From Akkermansiaceae bacterium (GTDB taxonomy: Bacteria > Verrucomicrobiota > Verrucomicrobiia > Verrucomicrobiales > Akkermansiaceae): 64,000 nt of DNA. Under the pieces are notes generated by a model, which was not told where the DNA came from, ran no database searches, and was given only the letters and a program-made list of their open reading frames with translations. The stretch spans positions 15,499 through 79,498 of the forward strand of contig JANODE010000171.1 of assembly GCA_031412525.1 (NCBI GenBank), in the 5' to 3' direction. Both the position numbers and the translations under genes were made by a program. Of this stretch, positions 17,435 through 27,550 are shown one piece after another (position 1 is the stretch's first letter; each line of letters starts with the position of its first letter).

Positions 17435-19210
17435 ATGATATCTCTAATGTTGTTGGCATTGGTCGGGTTGCAATGCCTGTCCATGCAAGCACTTGGCGGA
17501 AGGATTCCTCCCTTCGACTTCGATGCATGTGCCGGCAAATCAAAGATCGTCGTGCATGGTGAACTTCATCCAGATGGAACTTTGCGAGTGATTGAAGTCT
17601 TCAAAGGGAAGCCGGAAGGGACCGGGGATCTGTGGCTATCAATTGGTAAAATTGAATTTAAACATTTGTCGAAGGATATTGGAAATGAAGGCAACCCGCA
17701 GGTTGTTGTATTTCTTGGCGAGGGTGGGACTGATGGTGGCTATCGCCTCGCGCTGGACCCTCATGGTGGTGTCGTTGTCTTCGGCTCTCAAGATAAGGTT
17801 TTTGCCTGGCTGCCATCTGAGATGGACATGATGGGTGCTACTTTCCAGGCGCATCCATTGTGGACCAAGCAGACCTTCATGGAGGACTTGAAGCAGTCTT
17901 TGAAGTCGGATGCGGAACTGGATGTGGTGCTCGCCAAGTCTCGTGGTAGGGAGCGTCTGTTGAGTTGCTTCGACTTCCTTCGAGCGCACCAGCCTTGGGA
18001 AATATTTACAGATGCCCAGTCTTCACCATGGCCTTGGTATGGAAATGGTTATTTTTTTTCAAAAATAGTAGGAGCCACCCAAAAACCCTCTGCTGACGAG
18101 GAACTGGTTATGGTCGACCTTCTTCGCAATGCAAGGACTGACGGAGACCAGGCCCAAGTACTCGCGTTCATTGCCAGCATCCATTGTTCGCGGGCGCTTT
18201 ATCTGGAAGTGTTGCCTTGGGTTGATGCCAAGGTTCCAAAGATGCTTCGGCAGCAGGCATTCATGGCATTGGCGTCAATCGACTCATTTGCGGCTGCCGA
18301 GGTATTGATTCATTTCCTGAGTTTGAAGGACCCGCTAATTGATGATGTCCTTGCAACCCTCAATCACTGTGAGTCGGGCCGTAGGCCTTCCCTGCTGAAT
18401 TCGGCAGTGGTCGCACCGTTACTGGTTTTCGGGAAGGAGGTCTTGATCAAGTGCCACTCCAGAAAGAACCAGGACGGCAACCGCGGATACGCAATGCTCT
18501 CACTCCTTAACGGTTACTTTCACCCGGACTTTTTGCCTTTGATGTACGAGTGGGCCACCGACAAAGAAACGCCTACCAGAGCGCAGGCCATGGGAGACTT
18601 CCGCAACGTTCTCGGTATCAGCGATCAACCCGCTGATCCGGAGCGAATCGCCAAGTGGTGGGCTCAAAATCGCGATGTGGTCATGCATGAATACGATCTA
18701 TCAACATGGACCGGGGTTGATGTATGGCTTCAAGCATGGTGGCAAAGTGATGAAAAAATCACCAAACATGTGCTGCTCCGTCTTTGGGACTTCACGCCAA
18801 ACATCCCCGAAGAAGATCTTTTGGTTGCCTGCGAGGGCGAGTCGGGTGCTGCCGCCAAGGAGTTGCTCTCGGAATTGTGGCAGCGGAAGCGGCTAACAAG
18901 TGCCACCCGGAGCACGATTGTGGCCAAGTATATGAAGATGCGGATTGAGGATCAGCCGTGCGTGAATTCCGTTGATCCGAATGTCTGGCGAACGTGTTAT
19001 GTTGTGGGAGACCGTCTATTTCCATTCCCTCATGACGCTTGGATTAACTGGACTGGGGAAGTGACGACGGAACGGGAACCGAAGATAAGCGCGGATTCGT
19101 CCAACTCGCGTAGCCTTGAGGGTTCAGGCCCATTCAGATTCGCCGGCGGCACGGTTAAGCTTGGAGGGCCATTTAAAGCCATATTGGAAAACTGGGAGAA
19201 GGACTATTAA
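17435..19210 (+). CDS. Hypothetical exported protein, largely helical (HEAT-like middle); atypical composition
   Basis: Long ORF (~590 aa from the ATG at 17435) with a signal-peptide-like start. More A/T-ending codons than the flanking genes; no recognisable catalytic motif. Confidence 0.75.
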   Translation: MISLMLLALVGLQCLSMQALGGRIPPFDFDACAGKSKIVVHGELHPDGTLRVIEVFKGKPEGTGDLWLSIGKIEFKHLSKDIGNEGNPQVVVFLGEGGTDGGYRLALDPHGGVVVFGSQDKVFAWLPSEMDMMGATFQAHPLWTKQTFMEDLKQSLKSDAELDVVLAKSRGRERLLSCFDFLRAHQPWEIFTDAQSSPWPWYGNGYFFSKIVGATQKPSADEELVMVDLLRNARTDGDQAQVLAFIASIHCSRALYLEVLPWVDAKVPKMLRQQAFMALASIDSFAAAEVLIHFLSLKDPLIDDVLATLNHCESGRRPSLLNSAVVAPLLVFGKEVLIKCHSRKNQDGNRGYAMLSLLNGYFHPDFLPLMYEWATDKETPTRAQAMGDFRNVLGISDQPADPERIAKWWAQNRDVVMHEYDLSTWTGVDVWLQAWWQSDEKITKHVLLRLWDFTPNIPEEDLLVACEGESGAAAKELLSELWQRKRLTSATRSTIVAKYMKMRIEDQPCVNSVDPNVWRTCYVVGDRLFPFPHDAWINWTGEVTTEREPKISADSSNSRSLEGSGPFRFAGGTVKLGGPFKAILENWEKDY

Positions 19211-19430
19211 GCCACTCCGCCACAGGAACTTTGGCGCTTGCACTATGTGTTGGATCAAGACTCCAAAAATCCGGTCGGACCGATTCCAGCGGAAGGATCC
19301 ACCCGTGACGCTCGATAGTATCCAGCAAATTGAGCGCGAAGACACAAGACCTAGGATCGGTGGTATCGATTCGTAGTCCATGTCTTCAGGCGGGCTTGTG
19401 CGGGAACAGATGACCTCCTGAAGAAGGGAA

Positions 19431-22187
19431 TCACCCCGTCGTCCGCAGGCCGGAGGCGATGGCGTTGATGGAAAGCAGGAGTTTCGGGAGCAGGGCGTCG
19501 GCCTCGGTGGTGCGTTCTTCTGCAAGGTGGCCGCGCCATTCTCGAAGGAGGGCGATCTGTTGCTGATGGAGCACGTGCAGCGGGGCTTCACGGATGTGCA
19601 GGGTCTTCGCCATGCGCGGGCGGCGATCCTGCATTTCGCCCTCGAAGAGTTCTGCTAGGAGGGATTTCGTGAGGTCGAACTCCTCGACGATCCAACTGAG
19701 GAATTCCTCCCGCAGGATCGGATCCTCGACGAGGCCGGCGTAGTCGCTCATCAAATCGAGATTGGCGGATGCAAGGTTGGTCTCCACGTTTGTTAGGACA
19801 TAACTGAGGAAGGTGGACTTCGGCAGGTTCTTCTTCAGCTCGGCGAAACCGGCGGGATCGTCTTTTTTCAGGCTCTCCAATCCCGACCCCACGCCGAACC
19901 AGCCGGGCAGGTAGAAGCGCGCCTGGGTCCATGAGAAAACCCATGGGATCGCCCGCAAGTCGCCGATAGAGAATCCCTTTTTCCCGGTGCGCCGCGCTGG
20001 GCGGGAGCCGATGCGTGAGTTTTCCAATGCATCAATCGGTGTGGCCTGTCGGTAGAATTCGATGAAACCGTCCGCCTTGAGGAATTTCTGATAGGCCTGC
20101 TGGCTGCTCTCACCGAGTTTTGCCAGAAACGCCTCGCACGGATCCTCCACCGGCGGCGAGTGGCGGTGATGGGCGGTGGTGACGGCAGCACCTGCTAACA
20201 ATAGTTCGAGGTTGTAGGTGGCGTTCGCGAGGTTGGCGTATTTCTGGGCGATCGTCTCACCCTGCTCGGTCATACGGAAACCGCCGCTCATCGCGCCGTA
20301 AGGAAGGGCGGCCATGAACCAGTGAGTTGGACCCGCACCGCGCGAAATCGTGCCGCCGCGGCCGTGGAAAAAGCAGAGTTTCACCTGCTGCTCCTGGCCC
20401 ACCTGGGTCAGCGCCGTTTGCGCGCGCTGGAGGGCGAACTGGGCTGCTAGAATGCCGCAGTCCTTGTTGGAATCCGAGTAGCCTAACATCACCTGCTGAA
20501 TTGGGATCCCGCTACCGGTGCTTTGCGAACGTTTCGTTAGTGGATGGATGAGGAAACTTTTCAGAATCCCCGGCGAGCGGTCGAGGTCGTCCATTGTTTC
20601 AAACAGTGGAACCACCGGCAGCGGGCAAACAAGGCCGTCGTCCGATATTTCCATCAGCCCGGCCTCACGGGCGAGCAGGTAAACCCCTAACAAATCCGAA
20701 AGCTGTCGTGTCATCGAAACTATCAGTGCGCCCAGTCCGGCACTGCCCCATTCGCTGCGGTGGCGGACCAGCACTCGATAGCAGTTCAGCACCTCGTCCG
20801 CTTCGCCGCCGAGACGCACGTCGTCGTGGAGGAAGGGTCGCGACGAAAGGAGTTCCGCGTTGAGGAGCTCCAAGCGTTTTTCCTCTGGCCATGAACCATA
20901 GTTTTCTCCGTCCGTCACCCCGGCGGCGGTGAGGAGCTGACTGATCGCCTTGTCGTGAAATTCCGAGTTCTGGCGGACGTCGAGGGTGGCCAGATGGAAA
21001 CCGAAAATCTCCAGTTTGTGCCGCAGCGGACGGATCACATCCTCCTCTAACAGATGGCAGCCCGCTCCGGCGAGGGTGCGGGAAAGCAGATCCAGGTCGC
21101 TGACCAAACAGGCCGGATTTTTGTAACCGGGTTTGCCGCGGGTTTGTTCGCGCAGGCGGAGGGCCATTAGGTTGGCCATTTGCCGCCACGGTTCCTCTTC
21201 ATGGCGGTCCATGATTTCCGCGACCTTTTCATCGGCCTTCACGAGTTTGGCGAGTTCGTCGATGCGTGCCTGCAGCTCCGGCGGGACAGGTGTTAGGTAA
21301 CGGGAGAGCGTCAGCTGCGAGGCGAGGTGGCCGAGTTCGCGCTGGAGCAAATCGAAGGCGGAGTGACGCAGCGTTTCCAGTGCGATCTCAGTGACCTTCG
21401 GAGTGACTAAAGGATGCCCGTCGCGGTCACCGCCGATCCACGTGCCAAACTGCAGGCGGGGGATGTTTCCGGCAGAGCGCAGCAATTCCAACGGCAGGCC
21501 GGCATCGCGCCAGGCTTCGGTGAAATGGAGATCCAGCCGGTTGATCGCCGACGGGAAAAGATCGCGCAGATAGTGGGTGGCGTTGCGCAGCTCGCTGGTG
21601 ATGTCCGGCCGGACAAGGTGGATTTCCGCCGTGCGCCAGAGGATTTCAAGCGTTGTCACCACCCGTTCGCGGATGCGGCGGCGCTCGCGTTCGGTGTATT
21701 TGGGAAACTCGTTGCGGACCATCTCGTCATACAGCGCCCGGTGCCGCTCTCGGATGCTGGAGCGCTTCGCCTCGGTCGGGTGGGCAGTGAGGACCGGCTC
21801 CACCAACACATCCTTGAGTACAGCGAGAATCTCCTCCGGGGAAAGATCCATCGCCCGCAGATCGCGCAGCGCCTGTGGCCACAAACCGCGAATGGACTCC
21901 GCGCCGAGCGCCTTTTCCCGCTCGCGGCGGATTTCGGCAGCCACGCGCTCTTCCACCATGTTCAGCAGCTGGAATCCGATTGAGTAAAGCTGCGGCAGCC
22001 CTTCAGGTGCCGCACCCGCCTCCGGTTCACGGCCGGACCACGGCAGATAGGGCAGCAAATCCGTCTCGCCCGTGCTTTTCAACGCCTCTTCCAAACAACC
22101 CAGCAGGTATTGCAGGCGCTCGTCAATCAGGTCAAATCCTTCCAGCCGGAGCTGCTCACGAATCGGGTTGGCGGGGGTTTCGGTCAT
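19431..22187 (-). CDS. ppc: Phosphoenolpyruvate carboxylase
   Basis: VLTAHPTE, WIGGDRDG, VMLGYSDSNKD, FHGRGGTISRGAG, RMTEQGE, LRAIPWVFSWTQ and C-terminal SINAIASGLRTTG. Confidence 0.97.
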   Translation of the reverse strand: MTETPANPIREQLRLEGFDLIDERLQYLLGCLEEALKSTGETDLLPYLPWSGREPEAGAAPEGLPQLYSIGFQLLNMVEERVAAEIRREREKALGAESIRGLWPQALRDLRAMDLSPEEILAVLKDVLVEPVLTAHPTEAKRSSIRERHRALYDEMVRNEFPKYTERERRRIRERVVTTLEILWRTAEIHLVRPDITSELRNATHYLRDLFPSAINRLDLHFTEAWRDAGLPLELLRSAGNIPRLQFGTWIGGDRDGHPLVTPKVTEIALETLRHSAFDLLQRELGHLASQLTLSRYLTPVPPELQARIDELAKLVKADEKVAEIMDRHEEEPWRQMANLMALRLREQTRGKPGYKNPACLVSDLDLLSRTLAGAGCHLLEEDVIRPLRHKLEIFGFHLATLDVRQNSEFHDKAISQLLTAAGVTDGENYGSWPEEKRLELLNAELLSSRPFLHDDVRLGGEADEVLNCYRVLVRHRSEWGSAGLGALIVSMTRQLSDLLGVYLLAREAGLMEISDDGLVCPLPVVPLFETMDDLDRSPGILKSFLIHPLTKRSQSTGSGIPIQQVMLGYSDSNKDCGILAAQFALQRAQTALTQVGQEQQVKLCFFHGRGGTISRGAGPTHWFMAALPYGAMSGGFRMTEQGETIAQKYANLANATYNLELLLAGAAVTTAHHRHSPPVEDPCEAFLAKLGESSQQAYQKFLKADGFIEFYRQATPIDALENSRIGSRPARRTGKKGFSIGDLRAIPWVFSWTQARFYLPGWFGVGSGLESLKKDDPAGFAELKKNLPKSTFLSYVLTNVETNLASANLDLMSDYAGLVEDPILREEFLSWIVEEFDLTKSLLAELFEGEMQDRRPRMAKTLHIREAPLHVLHQQQIALLREWRGHLAEERTTEADALLPKLLLSINAIASGLRTTG

Positions 22188-22529
22188 GCGTGTGGCGTTT
22201 TAAGCACAATCCAAGCCGAAACGGGAAGGGGAACGCATTTCTTTTTTGGAAAAACCCATACTCGGACATGCACCGGGGCGCGCGAATTCTCAGCCTGACA
22301 TCAATCCTCCGCCCCTCTCGAAGCCTTGCTCTGGATCGCTTATCGCCGGAGTCGTCATTATATTAGAATTGGCGGCCCTTGTATTCCATCGCCAGCAAGC
22401 GATCCAAAGGTTTATCCAGCTGGCAAGATTTCGACGCCTCATGGATTAACCGTGCTGGACCCGCGTTCGCTCTTTATCTGCAAGCTACATGCAGCAAACA
22501 CCCGTCCCGAGGGGCAGGCGGGGAATGAT

Positions 22530-22742
22530 GTGAAGCACCTTGCCATCCTGGCGCGCGTGATACCGCGTTTCCTCGCGAAACTCCGCGCGGTGACAGTTCC
22601 CGACTATGATGGGAAAGAGGATGCGAGCCGTTTGCTGCTGAAAATCGAAGCCTGCGAGGCGGGTCGGGGTGTTTTCACCGTTCCATTGTCTGCGGAGGAA
22701 CTCCGATTGCTCGTTCAAGCATTGCACCAGCACTTGAAATAA
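22530..22742 (+). CDS. Possible small hypothetical protein
   Basis: 3' part of ORF 22326-22742, from the GTG at 22530. It fills the intergenic space upstream of menD; no recognisable family. Confidence 0.3.
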   Translation: MKHLAILARVIPRFLAKLRAVTVPDYDGKEDASRLLLKIEACEAGRGVFTVPLSAEELRLLVQALHQHLK

Positions 22743-22806
22743 AAGTGGTGATTTGAAGCGCAAACCCGCGCTTGGACATTCCGCAGTCGTGGGCTAGGAC
22801 AGCGAG

Positions 22807-24372
22807 GTGAACTCTTGGAACGTTGCCGTCGATGTGGTGAAAAATTGTGTCAAGGCGGGCGTGCGTGAGTTCGTCGTCTGCGCCGGGGCGAGGAATGCGG
22901 CGCTGCTGGAATCGCTCGCCCGCGCCGAGGCGGCCGGACTGGTGCGCGTTTGGCGGCATTTTGAGGAGCGCAGCGCCGGGTTTTTCGCGCTTGGGCGGAC
23001 GATGGAAACCGCTCAACCCTGCGCGGTGATCACCACCAGCGGCACGGCGGCGGCGGAGCTTTTGCCATCGGTCATCGAAGCGTTCTATCAGGCGCGGCCG
23101 CTGGTCGCGATCACGGCGGACCGGCCGGTGGAGTTCCGCGGCACGGGTGCGCCGCAGTCGATCGTTCAGCTTGGGATTTTCAGCAACCATGCGTGGCAGG
23201 GGACATTCGCCGATTGGGACGGCAAACAACCGCTGCACCTCAATGTGGAGTTCGAGGAAGCGTTCGAGGCGGGTGAGGAAAATTTTGCGGGAGAGACGGT
23301 GGGAGAGTTTTCTCCGGTGAAGGAAAAACTCAATGTCGCCGGGCTGGCGCGCTGGCTGCGTGAGGATGTCTATCAGGGGATCGTGGTGCTCGTCGGTGGC
23401 CTGGAGCCGGACGAACGCGAGGAGGTTTTCCATTTCTGTCAGGACCTCGGCGCGCCGGTGATCGCAGAGGCGACGAGCGGCCTGCGAGAGGCGCTGCAGT
23501 CGCTGGCCATCCACGATGGCGACCGTGTTTTGAAAGCAACGCCTCCGGGCAAGGTGCTGCGGTTAGGCGATGTGCCGAGCGGTCGTTTCTGGCGCGATCT
23601 GGAGACGATGCCGGTAATTTCCGTCTGGTCGGTGTGCCGCAACGGTTTGCCAGGGCTGGCCCGCGAAACGAATGTGCTGCAGGGTCCCTTGGAACGCGTG
23701 CTGCCGGCTCTCGGCGAAATCGAACTGGCGGACGATGCGATGGACTATCTGACGGGAGCCGGCAGCCGTGCGGTGAAGATCGACGAGCTGCTAGAATCAT
23801 ATCCTGATAGTGAGCCCGCGCTGCTCCGCACGCTTTCTCACTATGCCTCCATCGGCGGCGGGCTTTTCCTCGGCAACAGCATGCCGATTCGCGAGTGGAA
23901 TCTGTTCGCCCAGTGGAACCGGCCGCTGCAGTGCGTCCGCGCGAACCGCGGGGTGAACGGTATCGACGGTCAGGTGAGCACGTGGCTGGGCTGGTCGGCG
24001 GATGTGAGTGAAACCTGGGCCGTGGTGGGGGATCTAACCGCGCTGTACGATCTAGCGGGACCATTTGTGCTGGAGCAAATCAACACGGACGGCCGAGTGC
24101 TGGTCGTCATCAACAACGGCGGCGGGAAAATTTTCGAGCGCCTTCCCCGCTTGCAATCGATGAGCCCGCGCGCCGCCGAGTGGATGACCAACCCGCAGAC
24201 TGCCGATCTCTCTGGCCTCGCCACGTTGTGGGGCATGAATCATCTCCGCATTCGGAAGGTAGATGACTTCGACCAGTTTGCCTCTGGACCAAAAACCCTG
24301 CTGATGGAAATCATCCCCGACGCTGGTCAAACCGCCGCATTCTGGTCTGCTTGGGACCGGATGACGGTCTGA
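22807..24372 (+). CDS. menD: SEPHCHC synthase (menaquinone biosynthesis, ThDP-dependent)
   Basis: VVCAGARNAAL, EERSAGFFALG, TTSGTAAAE, TADRP, NSMPIR, ANRGVNGIDG, VVGDLTALYD and VINNGGGKIF. Confidence 0.93.
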   Translation: MNSWNVAVDVVKNCVKAGVREFVVCAGARNAALLESLARAEAAGLVRVWRHFEERSAGFFALGRTMETAQPCAVITTSGTAAAELLPSVIEAFYQARPLVAITADRPVEFRGTGAPQSIVQLGIFSNHAWQGTFADWDGKQPLHLNVEFEEAFEAGEENFAGETVGEFSPVKEKLNVAGLARWLREDVYQGIVVLVGGLEPDEREEVFHFCQDLGAPVIAEATSGLREALQSLAIHDGDRVLKATPPGKVLRLGDVPSGRFWRDLETMPVISVWSVCRNGLPGLARETNVLQGPLERVLPALGEIELADDAMDYLTGAGSRAVKIDELLESYPDSEPALLRTLSHYASIGGGLFLGNSMPIREWNLFAQWNRPLQCVRANRGVNGIDGQVSTWLGWSADVSETWAVVGDLTALYDLAGPFVLEQINTDGRVLVVINNGGGKIFERLPRLQSMSPRAAEWMTNPQTADLSGLATLWGMNHLRIRKVDDFDQFASGPKTLLMEIIPDAGQTAAFWSAWDRMTV

Positions 24373-24446
24373 CCGCGAATTTCATCCTTCTCCTTGCCAA
24401 GTCGAGCGGAGGCGGCTACCCATTCCGTCCGCCGCGCAAGGCGACT

Positions 24447-24521
24447 GGTCCCGTGGTCCAATGGATAGGACGATGGCCTCCGAAGCCGTAGGTAGTGGTT
24501 CGATTCCACTCGGGACCACCA
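24447..24521 (+). tRNA. tRNA-Arg (anticodon CCG)
   Basis: GGTCCCG acceptor pairs with CGGGACC; D-arm GGTCCAATGGATAGGAC; anticodon stem ATGGC/GCCGT with loop CTCCGAA; T-loop GGTTCGATTCC; encoded CCA end. Confidence 0.97.
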
Positions 24522-24532
24522 GTTTCAAAACA

Positions 24533-24561
24533 ACAAAGGAGAGCTCTTGGCTCTCCTTTGT
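24533..24561. terminator. Hairpin terminator between the tRNA and the convergent CDS
   Basis: ACAAAGGAGAGC-TCTTG-GCTCTCCTTTGT: a 12-bp perfect stem. Confidence 0.75.
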
Positions 24562-24584
24562 CGGTTATGGGTTTATTGGGTAGA

Positions 24585-25043
24585 TTATCGCTCGAATTCG
24601 TAATTCACCGTGTTGGTGATGGGAATGAAACCGGAAAAACGGAAACGGTAGAAAGTCAGGGTCGCTGCTATGGGTCGACCGAATGAATTTTTGGTGACAG
24701 TGGCGGCGTCACCGCGAGGCTTTCTGAAGGTCGGGTTATTCGAGTAGAAAACGATGTCGCCCTGCTCGCGGCGGAAGCTGATGTTGAATTCGCCACCGAC
24801 AAGATTGCCATCATCCCCAATTCTGAAACGCACCTTCTGCCCTTTGGAAAAATTCGGGATGCCGTCCGGGATTGATGCATCCCTCGTGACCTCGTCGCCT
24901 TTGGTGCGGGTCGAAGTGCGCTCGGTCACCGTGAGCGTGAATTTTTTCCCGGGCTCAAATCCGCCGTAGGTTTCCGCATTCAGTGTCGTGGCTGGAAGAA
25001 GTGTTCCAGCAGCCAGAATGACGGGTAGAATGAGTGTTTTCAT
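24585..25043 (-). CDS. Hypothetical secreted beta-rich protein
   Basis: Clear Sec signal (MKTLILPVILAAGTLLPATTLNA); 152 aa, ending in an aromatic-rich strand. Confidence 0.8.
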   Translation of the reverse strand: MKTLILPVILAAGTLLPATTLNAETYGGFEPGKKFTLTVTERTSTRTKGDEVTRDASIPDGIPNFSKGQKVRFRIGDDGNLVGGEFNISFRREQGDIVFYSNNPTFRKPRGDAATVTKNSFGRPIAATLTFYRFRFSGFIPITNTVNYEFER

Positions 25044-25308
25044 AAAAATACAGGTTGTTGAAAAATGACCCTTCGCGCCTCCCGAAGGATGGGTGCCGTC
25101 CCTTACAATAGCTCCGTCCCCCGGGCTGCGCGAAAAGTATGATCACCCTGTTGCAGGAGCCGTTCCAATCCACCGATGCCCCATAACTCACTGATCCACA
25201 AATCAATGTAAGATCTAGTTGAATTCGCATCACGGGCACACTGCATCGCCAGATGAGGTTGCGCAGGCAAAATGCACAAATGGATCCGTCGATTCGCCGG
25301 TGTGGCCG

Positions 25309-26130
25309 TTAGACGCCGGAAAACGCTACAAATCCGCCGTCCACGGGAAGCACCGTACCGGTCACGAACTGCGAAGCATCTGATAGAAGATAATGCAGCG
25401 CACCGAAGAGTTCATCCGCATTGCCGAAGCGGCCGAACGGGGTCTTCGTGATGATGGTGTTGCCGCGATCAGTGAGGCTGCCATCTTCGTTGGTGAGCAG
25501 GCGGCGGTTCTGTTCACCGAGAAAAAATCCCGGCATCACGGCGTTGACGCGCAATTTACCGTTTGTCCGTTTCGCCATGTCCACCGCCAGCCATCGGGTG
25601 AAATTGTCCACGCCCGCCTTGGCCGCGGAATAGCCGACCACTCGGGTGAGCACTTGTGGCGACGAGACTGAAGAGTAGTTCACGATCGAGCCCCGGCAGC
25701 CTTCGATCATGGCCGGCGTGAACACGAGCGATGGCAGGACCGTGCCGTGCAGGTTCAGATCCACGACCTGCTGGAACGACTCGAAATCAAGGTCGGAAAA
25801 ACTCTTGTCTGGAGTGATCGTCGCGCCGGGCATATTGCCGCCTGCGCCGTTGACCAGACCGTCGATGCGTCCCCATTTCGAGATCACGGCCTCGCGTGCC
25901 GATTCGAGAGCCGGGCAGTCGAGCACGTCGGCGACGAGTCCGATACACTGCGCGTCAGGCGTGGTGGAACGACAATGGGCGAGCGCAGCGTCGAGTTTTT
26001 CCTGGCTGCGGCCGATGTAGGCCACGCGGGCTCCCTGCGATGCGAGATAACCGGCGGCCGATCCTGCGAGGGCGCCGGTAGCTCCAGTGATGACAAATAC
26101 GCGGTCGGTAAGGTCGAAAAGTGGGTTCAT
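25309..26130 (-). CDS. SDR oxidoreductase, D-mannonate oxidoreductase (UxuB)-like
   Basis: ITGATGALAG, LVNGAGGN, NLHGT, YSAAK, VNAVMPGFF and QNRRLL..DGS.T.RG..II..TP.GRFG. Confidence 0.88.
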   Translation of the reverse strand: MNPLFDLTDRVFVITGATGALAGSAAGYLASQGARVAYIGRSQEKLDAALAHCRSTTPDAQCIGLVADVLDCPALESAREAVISKWGRIDGLVNGAGGNMPGATITPDKSFSDLDFESFQQVVDLNLHGTVLPSLVFTPAMIEGCRGSIVNYSSVSSPQVLTRVVGYSAAKAGVDNFTRWLAVDMAKRTNGKLRVNAVMPGFFLGEQNRRLLTNEDGSLTDRGNTIITKTPFGRFGNADELFGALHYLLSDASQFVTGTVLPVDGGFVAFSGV

Positions 26131-26289
26131 GAGGTTTTGTTTGGAATTCCTTCGGTGGGCCGACATGAGATGCCTTCCACCCGCGGAGATCAATCACCAG
26201 CTTGCCGAAAAATGGGACAGGCGCAAAATTCACCTTCGAGAGAGGAAATTTTTTGCATGAAACCCGAAAGCCAGCGGGTATTTAGCGCC

Positions 26290-27438
26290 ATGATGAAATT
26301 CCCGACCATTCTCGGGCTGCTGGTGGCCTGCGTGCTGCCGGTGATGGCCCAGCAAACTCCGAAAGTCCTGCCCATCGGCTCCGATCTCCCGGATTTTTCG
26401 CTCCCAGGCATCGATGGGAAGACCCACTCGGCCGCTGACTTCAAGGACGCAAAGCTGCTTTGCGTGATCTTCACCTGCAACCATTGTCCGGACTCCGTTG
26501 CCGCTGCAGCGCGGATGGAACAAATCCATAAAAGCTACAAAGAGAGGGGAGTGGCCATGGTGGCGGTGAATGGAAACAACGCGGAGAGCCTCACGCCGGA
26601 CGAACTGGGGTATTCGCCATTTGGTGATTCCTTGGAGGAAATGACACCTTTTGCGAAGGACTACGGTTGGACCTTTCCTTACCTCTACGATGGCGAAACC
26701 CAAATCTTCACCACCGCCTGTGGAGCGCAGTCGACGCCGCATGTTTTCCTCTTCGATGGCTCGCGGAAACTGCGCTATACCGGCCGCATTGATGATGCCG
26801 GGCGGAATCCTGCTGCCGAAGGAAAAAGCTACCTCCGTGAAGTGCTCGATGCGCTACTGGCCGGCACCGACGTGAAGGAACCAGTAACCCGCTCATTCGG
26901 CTGCTCCACGAAATGGCTCTGGAAAAAACCGAACGTCGCCAAAGATCAAGCAGCGTGGGAGAAGAAGCCGGTGACTCTAGCAGACCTCGATCTCGCGACC
27001 TCCCAAAAGCTCGCCGCAAACGACACGAAAAAACTCCGCCTGATCAATTTCTGGTCCACCACCTGCGGACCGTGCGTCAAAGAGTTTCCTGCGCTAGTCG
27101 ATACTTATCGCCGATTCCAAAACCGTTCGATGGAGTTTATTTCCATCAGCGTGGATGATGTGGCGCAGCGGCCGACGGTGCTGAAATTCCTCGAATCACG
27201 CCACGCCGCTCTATCCAATCAGACCGCTCCTTCACTGGCCGAAGAAGGCCGGACTTCCAACAACTACCTTTGGACCGGCGGAAATCCCGATGCCATGGCG
27301 AAGGCGATCGATCCCGAATGGACCGGCGCGCTGCCACACACCGTGCTCATTGCCCCAGGCGGGAAAATCATCTGGCGGCACACGGACGAAGTCGAAGTGG
27401 TCGAACTCCGCCGGCAGATTCTCAAAGGTCTTCAATAA
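26290..27438 (+). CDS. Exported protein with two thioredoxin-like (redoxin/TlpA) domains
   Basis: Signal peptide; LPDFSLPGIDGK..FTCNHCP; GAQSTPH; second domain INFWSTTCGPC..EFP; ALPHT. Start at the ATG at 26290. Confidence 0.88.
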   Translation: MMKFPTILGLLVACVLPVMAQQTPKVLPIGSDLPDFSLPGIDGKTHSAADFKDAKLLCVIFTCNHCPDSVAAAARMEQIHKSYKERGVAMVAVNGNNAESLTPDELGYSPFGDSLEEMTPFAKDYGWTFPYLYDGETQIFTTACGAQSTPHVFLFDGSRKLRYTGRIDDAGRNPAAEGKSYLREVLDALLAGTDVKEPVTRSFGCSTKWLWKKPNVAKDQAAWEKKPVTLADLDLATSQKLAANDTKKLRLINFWSTTCGPCVKEFPALVDTYRRFQNRSMEFISISVDDVAQRPTVLKFLESRHAALSNQTAPSLAEEGRTSNNYLWTGGNPDAMAKAIDPEWTGALPHTVLIAPGGKIIWRHTDEVEVVELRRQILKGLQ

Positions 27439-27550
27439 AGCCGCGGCAGAGTCCGATCCGCCGGAGCCCATGAGGAGCCTATGAATCGCGGCTAGCCTCA
27501 GAACATCGGCATCACATGGACTAAAGCGGATGCCATCCGCTTCTCCAAAT

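Noticed and set aside
17076-17438. Small ORFs between vapC and the large hypothetical gene
   Set aside because: There are competing ORFs on both strands with no motif, RBS or codon support.
19124-19591. Minus-strand ORF downstream of ppc
   Set aside because: It overlaps both ppc and the convergent hypothetical gene and has no recognisable features.
24447-24521. tRNA as the attachment site of an integrated element
   Set aside because: I found no integrase and no second copy of the tRNA 3' end in the window.
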